From Stegostoma tigrinum (taxonomy: Eukaryota): DNA of 64,000 nt. The DNA lies in assembly GCF_030684315.1 (NCBI RefSeq), contig NW_026728611.1:310001-374000 (forward strand), given 5' to 3'. A model generated the notes under the pieces. That model was not told the DNA's origin. It searched no databases and worked only from the letters and a program-made list of their open reading frames with translations. Positions 14,201 to 26,236 of this stretch are shown piece after piece. The position numbers and the translations under genes are program-made. Numbering within the stretch: position 1 is the first letter of the stretch; each line of letters starts with the position of its first letter.

Positions 14201-14460
14201 CTATCTCTTCTGCAATTATCTGACCAATCTTTGCTGCCATTCTTGAACAAAGGAATCTGATTAACTATCCTCTAGTCATTGAGAACTTTACCTGTGACCA
14301 CCAAGGTATTGAATATACCTGCCAGGCCTCTGCAATCTATTGCCTTGTCTCTGACAGCAGTTTGTGATAAATTTCATTGGTCCCTGGTAATTTATTCACC
14401 AATACGCCTGCAAAAGCATTTAATTCTTGCTCCTTACTGACCTTAACATGTTTGAGACCC
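11295..14460 (-). mobile_element. Nested degenerate CR1 fragments
   Basis: CR1 3' end (WNEVPEEVVEVSTITTVKRH) and RT motifs (LTSVGVSLLEK, NQHRCRKERSCLMNSFQFF). Confidence 0.65.
12662..12960 (+). mobile_element. HE1-type tRNA-derived V-SINE
   Basis: B-box-like ggctcgaatcc, the V-domain ggtttcctcccacagtccaaagacgtgcaggtt, and a CR1-like tail gggcctgtttccacac...gattctatgattc. Absent in paralog B. Confidence 0.85.
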
Positions 14461-14467
14461 TCACCAT

Positions 14468-14922
14468 CCTGTGCCACCCGAAGGCTGCAGGGACAGCATC
14501 TCATTTTGCTTGGGAACCCTGTAGCCCCAGTATCAATGTGGACTTTGAAAGCTTCAAAATCTCCCCACCCCCGACTTCATCCCAAAACCAGCCAAGTTCG
14601 TCCTGACCGCTTTGACCTGTCAGTATTATCTCCCATCTGTCCACTTCTCCCACCTCACTGACAAAACCCCATCCTAACTCCCTCCCTACCCTCACTTTTA
14701 CTGGAGCCATCCCCGCTTCCTTGGCCTCTCTGTCTTTTCTCCATCTATGTGCTCCGTTATCCACTCGCTGTTGTTGCCTCCCCACCTCTTTCTATGTATT
14801 TCAGAGTCCACTTCGCTCTCCCCACCCCTTTCTGAAGAAGTGTCCAGACACAAAGCATCAGCTTTCCTGCTCCTCTGCTGCCTGGCCTGCTGTGTTCATC
14901 CAGTTCTATACATTATTATCTT
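14468..14922 (+). mobile_element. PLE (Neptune-like) 3' fragment
   Basis: RRLQGQHLI..LGTL..P.INVDF (end of the GIY-YIG ORF) plus the 3' tail shared with 25621-26300. Absent in paralog B. Confidence 0.75.
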
Positions 14923-17900
14923 AGCCCTGGATTCTACTTGAAAACTTTATAATAGCCCCACTTTCCGAATACATACTCAACTCCAAGTAGTTCCTGCCCC
15001 AGTCGATATGTGCCAGCTCCTGTCTAATTATGGTGATAATGCCTACTGGTAGTGGTAATCTCATGATAGGTGGCATTCCTCAAATTTAGACACTTAGCTT
15101 CCATACTAAATTATCGCTTTCCATAATGACATTCAAACATGGAGTTAGTATATCTATCCCAAAAAAAATGATAGTGGAGGAAACTTTAGTTGACTTTTCA
15201 GATGCATTTTTACTGAAGAAACAAATAAACAAATTTGACCACATGGATTTGAAGGTGATGTGCTGGCATGAGTTGAGAATTGTTTAACACAGAAAAAAAA
15301 CGTGCTTATGAATTGTTGATTTGGGAGTTTGCAGGCTGTGCCTTGTGAGTTTGAGGAAGGATTCATGCTTGGGTTCCAGCTGTTCACAATCTCTCCTAAT
15401 GAATGAGATGTACAGGTCAAATTTAATGTTTCCGTTATGTTGATGGCATAATCATAGATGGGATTGTGAGCTGCACAGAGAATGCAATGGGAGTGATGGG
15501 GAACATGAATGGTCTCGGGGTTTAGTCGCATATTCATGCGTGGGATGCGGCCATCACTGCCCTGGCCATCATTTAATTCCCATCTCTAATTGCCTGGAGA
15601 AGGTGGTGGTAGTTCTGAGCAATGTAAACTTTGGTTTCTCTTCACACACGTTGAGAGTTATCAGCAACTTCTGTTTATTTGTGACCTGCTTTGATTGACC
15701 CACTGCAATCCGTTGGGTGCAGGGAGAGCCACATGGCTGTTAGGAAGGAGTGTGACTTGGAGGGGACCTTGCAAACGCTGCTGTTGTCATACACCAGCTG
15801 TTATTTTCCTTCCAGGTTGTTTGTGGATGCTTTGGATTGTGAAATGCTGCTGCTGCTGATCCTTGTAGATTGTGGACACTGCAGTCATGGTGTGTTACAA
15901 GTGAAGTGAGTAAATATCATTCCAAACATGAGGCTGCTTTGTGCTCGATAGTGTCAAGCTTATTGAGTGCCGTTGGAGCTACATTCATCCAGGCAGGGGG
16001 AGAGTATTACATGACAGTGCTGACCTGTGCACTGTATATAGGCAGCATGTATTCTGCGGAATGCTGTTTTGAAAACTCATTTTCATTGCAAAATGTCACT
16101 TCTGTGTTTGGCAAGATTATTTTATCCCTTGAATGATGAATGGCCAATTCTGTACATGGAACTGTCCTTTATTGTCTTGTGAATTGCAAGTGGCCAGCTC
16201 TCTGCATGTTCAGTGGTGATTGTTTTCATTCTGTGGACTGTCAGTTGTTCATTTGTGTAATGATTTTTAAACAAAAGAATGTTGAGAGAGCAAAGAGTCA
16301 GTTTCCTGAGTTGAACGAGTCGATTTTTAAAATGCTCTTGGACTGTGATTGTCAGCTATTGTGTGCAGATTGCAAATGGTCAGTCCATATGTGGGGAATT
16401 GTTCTCAACCTGTGAGCTGCTGTTTCAGTCCTGTGTTGCAAATTGATTTTGTGTGTGTCCCCATGTGAAATACCTGCACCAAGGCTGCTATCCTGTCACC
16501 AAGTCACCCTTTATTTACTCCTGCAAAGGACACTGCCAATGGCCAGCCAGCTCTGAGTCATTCCGCTGAACTGAGCAGATTATAAATCCACTGTTTTCTT
16601 TGTCCTTTCTTCTTGATTTAGCGTCTTTTCTTTGTTTATTTTCCCCTAATCTTGCACTGGTGGGGAGCGGGTTTTCTCCTACAAATTGTGTTTGGTAAAT
16701 TGTGTCTCTGGTTTGGATTTAACTCCTGGATTTTGAATGGTTGGGTGGATCAGTTGAGCTGGTTCCCAACCTGTGGTCTGAAAATGGTCAATTCAGTGTG
16801 GGGAGCTTCTATTTGTCTTGTGATCTGTGGGCAGGTAGTTTTGTTTGTGGAGATAATTAATGCTACAGATACTGAATGGTCAGTTCTGTGTGGAGAGGTT
16901 GTTTTTATTCAATGGACTGTGGTCATTTTTGTCTGAAGGCTGCACTTGACCTTGTGGACTCTGGTCAGTTGTGTGTGCAGAGCTGGCTTTAATTTCTCTT
17001 GGGAGCTGAGTTTATTCTTTGGTTTTTAAAAGGTTCGGCATGTCTGCACGTGTGTGTCTCTGTAATTTCTGAAGAACGTTGTTCTCCTCGCAGATGCTGC
17101 CAGACCTACTTAGTTTCTTCCCCAAGTTCTGTTTGTTTCAGATCTTCAGATTTTGCAATGCTTTGTTTAATTTTAGAGCTTTCATTTAGCCTGTTGGGGC
17201 ATAGGACAATGAATGACACAGATAAGGAACAGGTCCCTTGTCCCACCATGTCTGCGATGACTGTGATGCCATTCTAAACTAATGCCACTTGTCTACACAT
17301 GATCCATATTCTTCCGTTCCCTGCCTGTTGATGTATCTGTCTGAATCCCTCTTAAACATTGCTATCATCTCTGCTTCCTCTGCTCCCCTGGCAATATGTT
17401 CCTGTGTGCAAACTCACACATGTGACTTAAATTTTCCCTCCTCCAATTTAAATGAATGATTCCTTGCAAATGGCATTTCCACCTGAGGGAAGAAAATCTG
17501 ATTATTCACTCTATCCGTGCCTCTCAGTTTTATATATTTCAACAGGTTGCCGCCACCACACCCCCCGTCACCACCGCCCCCACCCCCCCACCGCCGTCAC
17601 CAGCCAAGAAGGCACGAGCAGAAACCACCCAACTCTGCTCACCCTGTTCCTATAGATAATACACTCTCACTCATGTAACGTCCTCGTTCACCTCTTTTTC
17701 CCTCCTCTTTAAAGCCTCCCCATCCCTCCTGTACTGTATATAGGTAATTCTGTGTGGACTGCTGGTTCAAATGTTGTGAATTTCAAATTATCAATGATCT
17801 GTGGGGAGTTTTATTTATCCTGTGGACTTCACATGGCCAATTATCTATGATCTAATGAAATGTAAAGAGTCAATCTTGTGTGGAGAGGAGGTTTTTATCC

Positions 17901-18329
17901 TGTGGAGTTTTGAGTAATGATATCACACACAACGGACATAAATGTGGAGATGATCTTTATTATGATTATTTGTGTGTGTGGCCTTTTGTGAGCTCGGTGA
18001 ATGTTCAGTTCTGTTTGTGTGTTGGCATGTGTTCCTCAAACAACAAAACCCACCCTTATCACTGTGTATTTATTCAGTCCCTACAGCAATCCTCATGTCT
18101 GTAACTGCCCAGAAGCACTAACATTCTCCTGTTCTGACATCTCCTCACAATATCAAACCTGTTTCATCACCTTCTGCCCTGTTGGTCTCTGGTACACCTC
18201 ATATCCCTTTCTCACTTTCCATCTCTGAAGCCTGTTTTGGATCACGCAATGTGCTCTGTAGTTATAATGGTCTCCATATTCTGTAACACTCCATATCTCT
18301 TCAACCATCTCAAATGTTGGGTCGGCTAC

Positions 18330-18670
18330 AGTCTCAAAAAAATACCACTGGGCTGTTAATCCAGAGACACAGATAAATGTTCTGGGGGCCTGGGTTTGAC
18401 TCCCACTGTGTGAGATCATGGAGTTAGAACTGCATAAAAATATTCCGAAATGAAGTGTTCATTGTTGATCGTCTTTTTTTAAAAATCTTAACTCATTCAT
18501 GACTGCCCTTTAGGGAAGGACATCTGAACAGATCTGGCCGACATATGACTCCAGACCCACAATAAAATGGCTGACTCTTAACTATCCCTGAGCAGTTGCC
18601 CAATGTAATCAACAATAGGCACTGAACACTGGCCCATCCAATGACGCCATCATCCCATGAATGAAGAAAC
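18330..18670 (+). mobile_element. tRNA-derived SINE (non-HE1 family)
   Basis: B-box-like gggtttgactccc, a body with gactccagacccaca...tggctgactcttaact, and a tail ending cccatgaatgaa. Related copies lie near 8150-8325, 10540-10680(-), 19745-19920(-) and 58140-58620. Confidence 0.6.
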
Positions 18671-20339
18671 GAAAGGGTATATTTTCCTTCCAACCCTCTG
18701 CAAACATTGCAGCAATTCATTCTGGCTTTGGAACATTGTTCAGATCCTTGCCACTCACTGTAACACTCTCACCACCTCCCAGCATCTTCATCTCTCCCTG
18801 TTCCTATCATCTTGTGGAACCCCAGCAATGTTTCCTCTTCCTACTACATTCCTCCTGCGAGGGGACCCCTTGCAACCCCTTTTTCACCTACTTCTATATT
18901 TTGGTAGTTCATTGTCATTTTCTGAAACACACTCTTTCCCTTTAGATTTGTTAAGTATTTTTTGGTTGTCTTATAAGACTTTCTGAATTGAATCTGATAC
19001 TTTATGCCCTGAGTGAGATGCACGTAGGACTTCCCAGCTGAGTTTTTGTCTGTTTCAATGGAAAGCCCTTTTTTGAATGTTTTACAGTGTTCCTTCAAAT
19101 GTTTTCCACTGTTCATTTGCAGCCATACATTTCAATCTCTTTACCCTGTTTCCCCTGGTCAGTTCCCCCGTCAAACCCATGTAATCGACCTTGTTTCTGT
19201 TTCTGATTGATGTCTGTTATTTGTGTGATCACTTTAAAACTTCATAATGCCTTTGAATTCCACTTTTTCCAAGTTCCCGGAGGATTTCTCGGAGTGACAT
19301 TACGAATGCACTCAGCTTTATGACACAACGGTCGATCTGGGACAATTACATCCCCAGCCAGTTGCACAACGTGTTATTCAAAGAAACACTGACAAAAACA
19401 ATCCCCGAGATCCTCTTCGAATGTCGCTGTCTTATTGCGTATACTTTGTCCATGCCAAAACGGAACAGTATCATGTACCTTTTACCAAAATTTCCTGCCA
19501 CAAACCAGTTCACTCAAGAATAGTTTTAGTGAAACTCTGTTGCTTCCTGTCCCTTTCTGCTTGTCTTCAACCACATTGACATGCTGTTCCAATACTTCAC
19601 ATTTTGGGTTCGGATTTAGAGATCTCCTTTCACCTGAACCTTGTCCCAACATCCTCTCTGTCAGTTTCCAGGCCTGTCCATAAATGTCCCACCATGATTG
19701 GCCAGGATACTGGTCCCAGCACAGTTCCAGTTATTATTTATTCACTCATGAGATGTGGGTGTCTCTGGCTGGCTGGCATTTATTGCTCACCCCTGGCTGC
19801 CCTTGAACTGAATGGCTTGCCATTCCATTTCAGAGGATAATTGTGAGTCAACCACGTTCCTGTGGGTCTGAAGTCACATGTAGGCCTGACAAGGTAATGA
19901 TGGCAAATTTCATTCCCTAATTACTGAGTCAGATTTGATCATGACTCTGCCATGGGAAGCCTACTTTAAGCTTTGTTGTACTATAACTTCCAAAGACAGC
20001 AGAGGGAATTCACAGTTATCATTCCAGGCCTGTGCTGCCTTTGTGAGGATCAGCGCAACTGAAGTGAAAGCAAATCTTTCACAACAGAGGGAAATGCTGC
20101 TCTGATCTTTGTTTTGTGATTTCCCCCTCGATGACTGTATCTGTGTCATGACTCGTGGACTGGTGTCTTCAACCATTCTAACTCCTCTAACTGCTCCTTT
20201 TTCTGTCACCACCTCCCCTCTCTACAATCCCTCCATATATTTGAAATATACTCCAATCCTGACCACTATCCCAATCTCTGTAATTTGCTTCAGTCTCCGC
20301 AACTTGCCTTATCTCAGTAGTATCCTCCTCCAGTAACTG

Positions 20340-23300
20340 GAGCCATAGAGTTGTGCAGCACAGAAACTGACCCCTAGACCCAACTCATCCATATGGCTCA
20401 GGTTTCCTGAATTGAACAAGTCACATTTGCCTGAATTTGGCACATTCGTTTCAAAACGTTCCTGTCTGTGTATCTGCCCCAATAACTTTTCATTGTTGTA
20501 GCTTCGTCTGGCAGCTCGTTCCATGTATGCACCATTCTCTGCGTGGTTAATGTTACCTCTCAGGTCTCCTTTAAACATTTTCCCTCTCACCTCAAACCTC
20601 CTCCCTCTAGTTTTGGATTCCCCTCCCCTGGGGGGAGGGGGGTAGGGGACAGATGTTGGCTGTTCATCTTAACTATGCTGCTCAGGCATTCATATACCTC
20701 TAAAAGTTCACCTCTCAGTCTCCTGCCCTTGAGTCAAACGTCTGTGCTTGGGTGTGACAAATTCATCCCTGATTTCCAAAAGTACTCTGAAATACTTGAT
20801 TAAGCTTTTTAAGACCTTCACCACCTGTCTCTTGTAGTCGAGACTCTTTGCAAGACATCACTCTTTATTTCCCTGAATTTCCTGGTCTTTCTCCACAGTC
20901 AGTACTGACATGAAATACTGTTTCGTATTTCACCCACCTGCTGTGGTTCTCCATACCGATATCCTCGTTCATGTGTCTGCAGCCCTATTTCCTCCCTTAT
21001 CACTCTTTTGCCCTTGATATACCTATGGAATCTCTTTGTAATTTCCTTAACTTGGACCAATAATGTTATCTCGCATCCCTTTTTGTCCTCTGGAATTCCT
21101 TCATAAACTTTATTTCTACATTCCCATAGTCCTCGAAGGATTCATCAATCCAGCTCTTTATCACCTCTTTCTTAACCTGAGCGCCTCTGTCACCAGTCAT
21201 CCAGAGTTTCCTCCTTCTGTCAGCATTGTCCTTCGCACTAACAGGAACATGCCGGCTCTGACCTCTCTCTTTTGAAAGCTTCCAACTTGCCAGATGCCCC
21301 TTTACCTGTAAATAGCCTCCCCTACAATCTTTTGAAAATTCCTGTCAAATACCATCAAAATTGTTCTTGCCCCACTTTATAACTTTAGCTTGTGGACCAG
21401 GCCATTCTTTTTCCATAGCTATTTTCAGAGTAATAAAATTATGAGTCACGTTCCCAAAGTGCTGCCCCAATGACACCTCAGTCCCTTGCCCGACTTGGTT
21501 TCGCACGTGGAGGTCAGGATTTGCCCCTTCTCCAGTCAGGTCATCTTCATATTGTTTGAGAGAGTTTTTCTAAATATACTTAACAAATTCTTCCAATCAA
21601 AGCGCTTAACACTGTGGCAGTACCAGCCTAAGCTTGGTAAAATAGAAACCCTGATGATTACATACCTATTATTATTACAGATATCTAAGATCTCCCAACA
21701 TATGTGCTCCTCAATCACCCACCGACTTTGGGGGACCTGCTGTACAATTGTATCAAAGCGATCACGCATTCTCTTTCTTTCAGTTCCACTAAAATCGCCT
21801 CACTGGGCGAACGCCAGGAATATTCTCTATAAATGCTGCTGTCATGCTGTCTCATTCAAAAATAGCTCTTCACTCCCATCTTGCCTCCAGCTACTATACT
21901 TCCTGTAGTGCCTGTACCCTGGATCATTGATCTGCTCATCCTTTCTCTCCATCAGCTGTGTTTCTGTATTACCTTTTGATATCCCAGACGCTGTTCCCAC
22001 CTGTGCCCTGAATTTATCTGTCCTACCTGTACGGTCCATTGCATTGAAATACATGCAGTTTAATTCCTCAGTTTTACCTCATTTTCTGCCCTGGTCTTGC
22101 CTGCCTTGTCTGGTTAAATTGCTACCTTGAACTTCTGTGCCAGCCTCTTCTTGCCTCACTACGGTTTCGGGCCCGACACCCCTTCTAGGCTGCATAAAAT
22201 CTTTTGGGTACCTCTGACGATTCACGTTGCCCTTCCCCCAGTTCACTTGACTTCACCACCCTGTCTGTCTGTGTTGACACCTTCAGTGATCTATGGACGT
22301 GTGTACCAAGGCCCTCTTGTTTTTCAGTTCTCAGCCTGTACCTACAGTTCAATACGTCTTTCACTTACTATACCTCCGAAAGCATATTACTTCACACTTA
22401 TTAGAAATAAGTGCCATCTGCCATTACTCTGCCAAGTTCATCAGCTGATCAATATCAGACTGTAGTCTGAGATGATCCACCTCACTATGGACAACACCCC
22501 TAACTTTCGTATCATCTACAAACCTACGATGAAATCTTGTGGTTTCACAACCAAGTCAGTAACGTACATAATAAACATCAATGGACGCTTTACAGATCCA
22601 TGTGGCTTGCTGATAGTCAAAGACTTTAATCACAAAAATAAAACTCCACCAGTTTGGATCTCTTTTGTCAACTTGCCTCAAACTCCATGGGTTTTTACCT
22701 TTTGAACCGGCCTTCCATGCCGGATGTTGTCACAGGCCTTCCTGCGGGTCTTTGCAAACCACTTCATCTGCACTGCCCTCATCAATATTTGTTGGCAAAA
22801 TTTCAAAGAACTTGACTGAATTCATCAGACATGATCTCTCTTTACCAAAACCGTGCTGACTACCCCTAATCGATTCCTTCCTTTGCAAGTTTTCGTTCAA
22901 ACTTTCCCTCAGATTTTTTTTTCCAATAAGTTCCCTCCCACGGATATCAGATTGTCTGCTTTCCAATTACCTGGCCATTCTCTGATGCCCTTCTTGAGGA
23001 AAGGAAACACATTAACTGTCCTCCAGACATTCAGCACATCACCTGTGGCCACCAAGACATTAAATGTAACTGCCAGGCCTTGTCAATCTCCTTCCTTGCC
23101 TCTTATAGCAGCCTGGGATACATTTCATTGGGCACTAGTGATTTATCCACCATTACCCTTACAAAAGCATTTAATTCTTGCTTCTTATTGATCGTAACAT
23201 GTTCGAGGACCTCACCATCCTAACTGAAGTCCCTGACTACAATGTATTTCTCCTTTGTGAACACAGGTGAGAAGCATAAATTTCAGACCTCACCTACTTC

Positions 23301-23900
23301 CTCTTGCTCTATGCAAAATATGCCCCTTCACTTTCTACCAGTCTTCACTCTCCATGGTAATCCTCTTCCTCTAACTAAATTTATAAAATACCTTGTGGCT
23401 TTTCCCTTAACAGTACCTGCCAAAGGTAATTCTAGGCCATTGTTTGCCCTTCATTTTTAACGACCACCTTTTGCAAACTCTATACTTTTGAAGGCCTGTA
23501 CCTATTTTCATTGTGCAGTGTTTTATTTACCAAACTCATATCAATTCATCAGCATTCACTGAAATTCTACCTTTTTCATTCTCTCTTTGCGGAACACAAT
23601 GGCCCTGGATTCTGATTGTACCACTTTATAATGGTCCCACTTTCCAATTATAGACTCGATTGCAAGTAATTCTTCCTCCAGTCTATATGTGCCAGATCCT
23701 GTCTCATGATAGTGATAATGCTGAGTGATAGAAGTGATCTTCTGATAATTGTCTTTCAGCAAATTTAGACACTTAACTTCCGTGCTATCCTTATCGCTTT
23801 CCATAACAACATTCATATTTCGAGTCACTATCTCTCTACCCCCACCAAAAAAATTGGAGGTAGGAGGAAACTTTATTTGACTTTTCAGTTGCATTTTAAC
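20340..23900 (-). mobile_element. Nested degenerate CR1 fragments (paralogous to 11295-15200)
   Basis: KMFKGDLRGN and GSQHGFGKERSCLMNSVKFFE...IDEGSADEVV motifs. Confidence 0.7.
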
Positions 23901-25190
23901 AGGGTCCCACTGAAGAAGCGAATAAACAACTCGGGACCACGTGGACTTGGAGGTGATGTGCTGGCATGCGTTTGAGAATTGTTCAACATACAGAAAAGCC
24001 CATGCTAATAAATAGTTGGTTTGTCAGCTCACAGGCTGTGCATTTTTATTAGACGAAGGATTCATGTTTGGGCTCCAGTTATTTACAAATTCCTGTCGAT
24101 GATTGAGGTGTACAGATGAAATCTTATGTTTTCATATTGGTTGATGGCATGACCACAGCTGAGATTGTGAGCTGCACAGAGAATGCAAAGAGGATGAAGG
24201 GGACATGAATAGTCTCTGAGTTTCATCGCATATTAATGCATGGGATATGCCCATCACTGGCTCTGTCATCATTTAATTCCCATATCTAATTGCCTGGACA
24301 AGATGGTGGTAGTTCTTAGCAATGTTAACTTTGGTTTCTCATCACATATGTTGAGCTTTTTAATGTATCAATAGATTTACTTTTTGTTATAAATTCCAAA
24401 GAGTTCAGGTTCGTTCTTTTCCATGTCTTCTCATGAAAATCCTTTCATCAACAAGATCAATCTTCTGATTCTTCTCTAGAATGCCTCCATGGAAAGATTT
24501 ATTCCCCCGAATATAGGGAATACTGTTCACAGCATTCTCGGTGTGGGCCAAGTTATGCATTCTCGAGTTTTTACCAAACTTCCCTATTTCCATTCTCTAT
24601 TCCATTTGAAATGCCAGCATTCCATTTGCCTTCTCTATGACCTGCTGAATATTCATGCAACCTTTTGAGTTTAATACACAATGAATCCCAAGTTGCAATC
24701 AATCTGAAACTAAGAGGTGACAGTAATAATCAGGCAAGGACTGGAATGTGTGATAAAATATAAGCCAGGAATGACAGCTACACGCTTAGAAATCAATGGG
24801 AGACATAGTACAAAGGGTTATAAATTGTAGGAGTGAAGTAAGGTCATTCATTCTATCGAGTCTGCTGCACAATTGAGTCTGCTGCACAATTTGATTGTGC
24901 CTTATATCTGTCTCAAACTCACTCTCTTGCCTTGATCCGTTTGAATCTTGATCCCCTTATTCATCAAGAACCTACCTATCTCTATCTCCAATTCATGCAG
25001 TGATTTCACCTCCGCAGCCCTCTGTGGCAATGTACAGATTCAGTACCCTCTGGCTGAAGAAATCCCTCCACATCTCTGTTCGTAAGGGTGAGAGATAATG
25101 GGAACTGCAGATGCTGGAGAATCCAAGATGATAAAATGTGAGGCTGGATGAACACAGCAGGCCAAGCAGCATCTCAGGAGCACAAAAGCT

Positions 25191-25218
25191 GACGTTTCGG
25201 GCCTAGACCCTTCATCAG
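25191..25218 (-). ncRNA. Minimal type-I hammerhead ribozyme motif
   Basis: CUGAUGA-A-GGGUCUAGGCCC-GAAA-C-GUC: complete core, stem II and a palindromic ACGU in place of stem III. Confidence 0.75.
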
Positions 25219-26208
25219 AGAGGGGGATGGGGTGAGGGTTCTGGGATAAATAGGGAGAGAGGGGGAGGCGGACCGAAGATGGAGAGAAAAGAAGATAGGT
25301 GGGGAGGTAGGGAGGGGATAGGTCGGTCCAGGGAAGACGGACAGGTCAAGGAGGTGGGATGAGGTTGGTAGGTAGGAGATGGAGGTGCAGCTTGGGGTGG
25401 GAGGAAGGGATGGGTGAGAGGAAGAACAGGTTAAGGACGCAGAGACAGGCTGGACTGGTTTTGGGATGCAGTGGGTGGAGGGGAAGAGCTGGGCTGGTTA
25501 TGTGGTGCAGTGGGGGGAGGGGACGAACTGGGCTGGTTTAGGGATGCGGTGGGGGAAGGGGAGATTTTGAAGCTGGTGAAGTCAACAGTGATGCCATTAG
25601 GCTGCAGGGTCCCCAAGCCTTGGGGACCGCTTTGCAGAACACCTCCGCTCGGTTCGCAACAAACAACTGCACCTCCCAGTCGCAAACCATTTCCACTCCC
25701 CCTCCCATTCTTTAGATGACATGACAATCATGGGCCTCCTGCAGTGCCACAATGATGCCACCTGAAGGTTGCAGGAACAGCAACTCATATTCCGCTTGGG
25801 AACCCTGCAGCCCAATGGTCTCAATGTGGACTTCACCAGCTTCAAAATCTCCCCTTCCCCCACCGCATCCCTAAACCAGCCCAGTTCGTCCCCTCCCCGC
25901 GTTGTACCACACAACCAGCCCAGATCTTCCCCTCCACCCACGGCATCCCAAAACCAGACCAACCTGTCTCCGCCTCCCTAACCGGCTCTTCCTCTCACCC
26001 ATCCCTTCCTCCCACCCCAAGCCGCACCCCCATCTCCTACCTACTAACCTCATCCCACCTCCTTGACCTGTCCATCTTCCCTGGACCGACCTATCTCCTC
26101 CCTACCTCCCCACCTATACTGTCTCCACCTATCTTCTTTTCTCTCCATCTTCGGTCCGCCTCCCCCTCTTTCCCTATTTATTCCAGAACCCTCACCCCAT
26201 CCCCCTCT

Positions 26209-26236
26209 CTGATGAAGGGTCTAGGCTCGAAACGTC
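26209..26236 (+). ncRNA. Minimal type-I hammerhead ribozyme motif
   Basis: CUGAUGA-A-GGGUCUAGGCUC-GAAA-C-GUC, with an additional G.U pair in stem II. Confidence 0.7.

Larger units (their letters stand above)
8150..15650 (+). repeat. Segmental duplication, copy A (paralog of about 18480-24360)
   Basis: Colinear similarity across unique and repeat sequence, e.g. 10021 tgtgatcactttaaaactt vs 19223; 10153 agccagttgcacaacgtgttattcaaagaaacactgacaaaaaca vs 19356; 15580-15650 vs 24280-24355. Confidence 0.85.

Noticed and set aside
24858-24891. 17-bp perfect tandem duplication GAGTCTGCTGCACAATT x2
   Set aside because: Real, and absent in paralog A, but a trivial slippage event within a CR1 tail.
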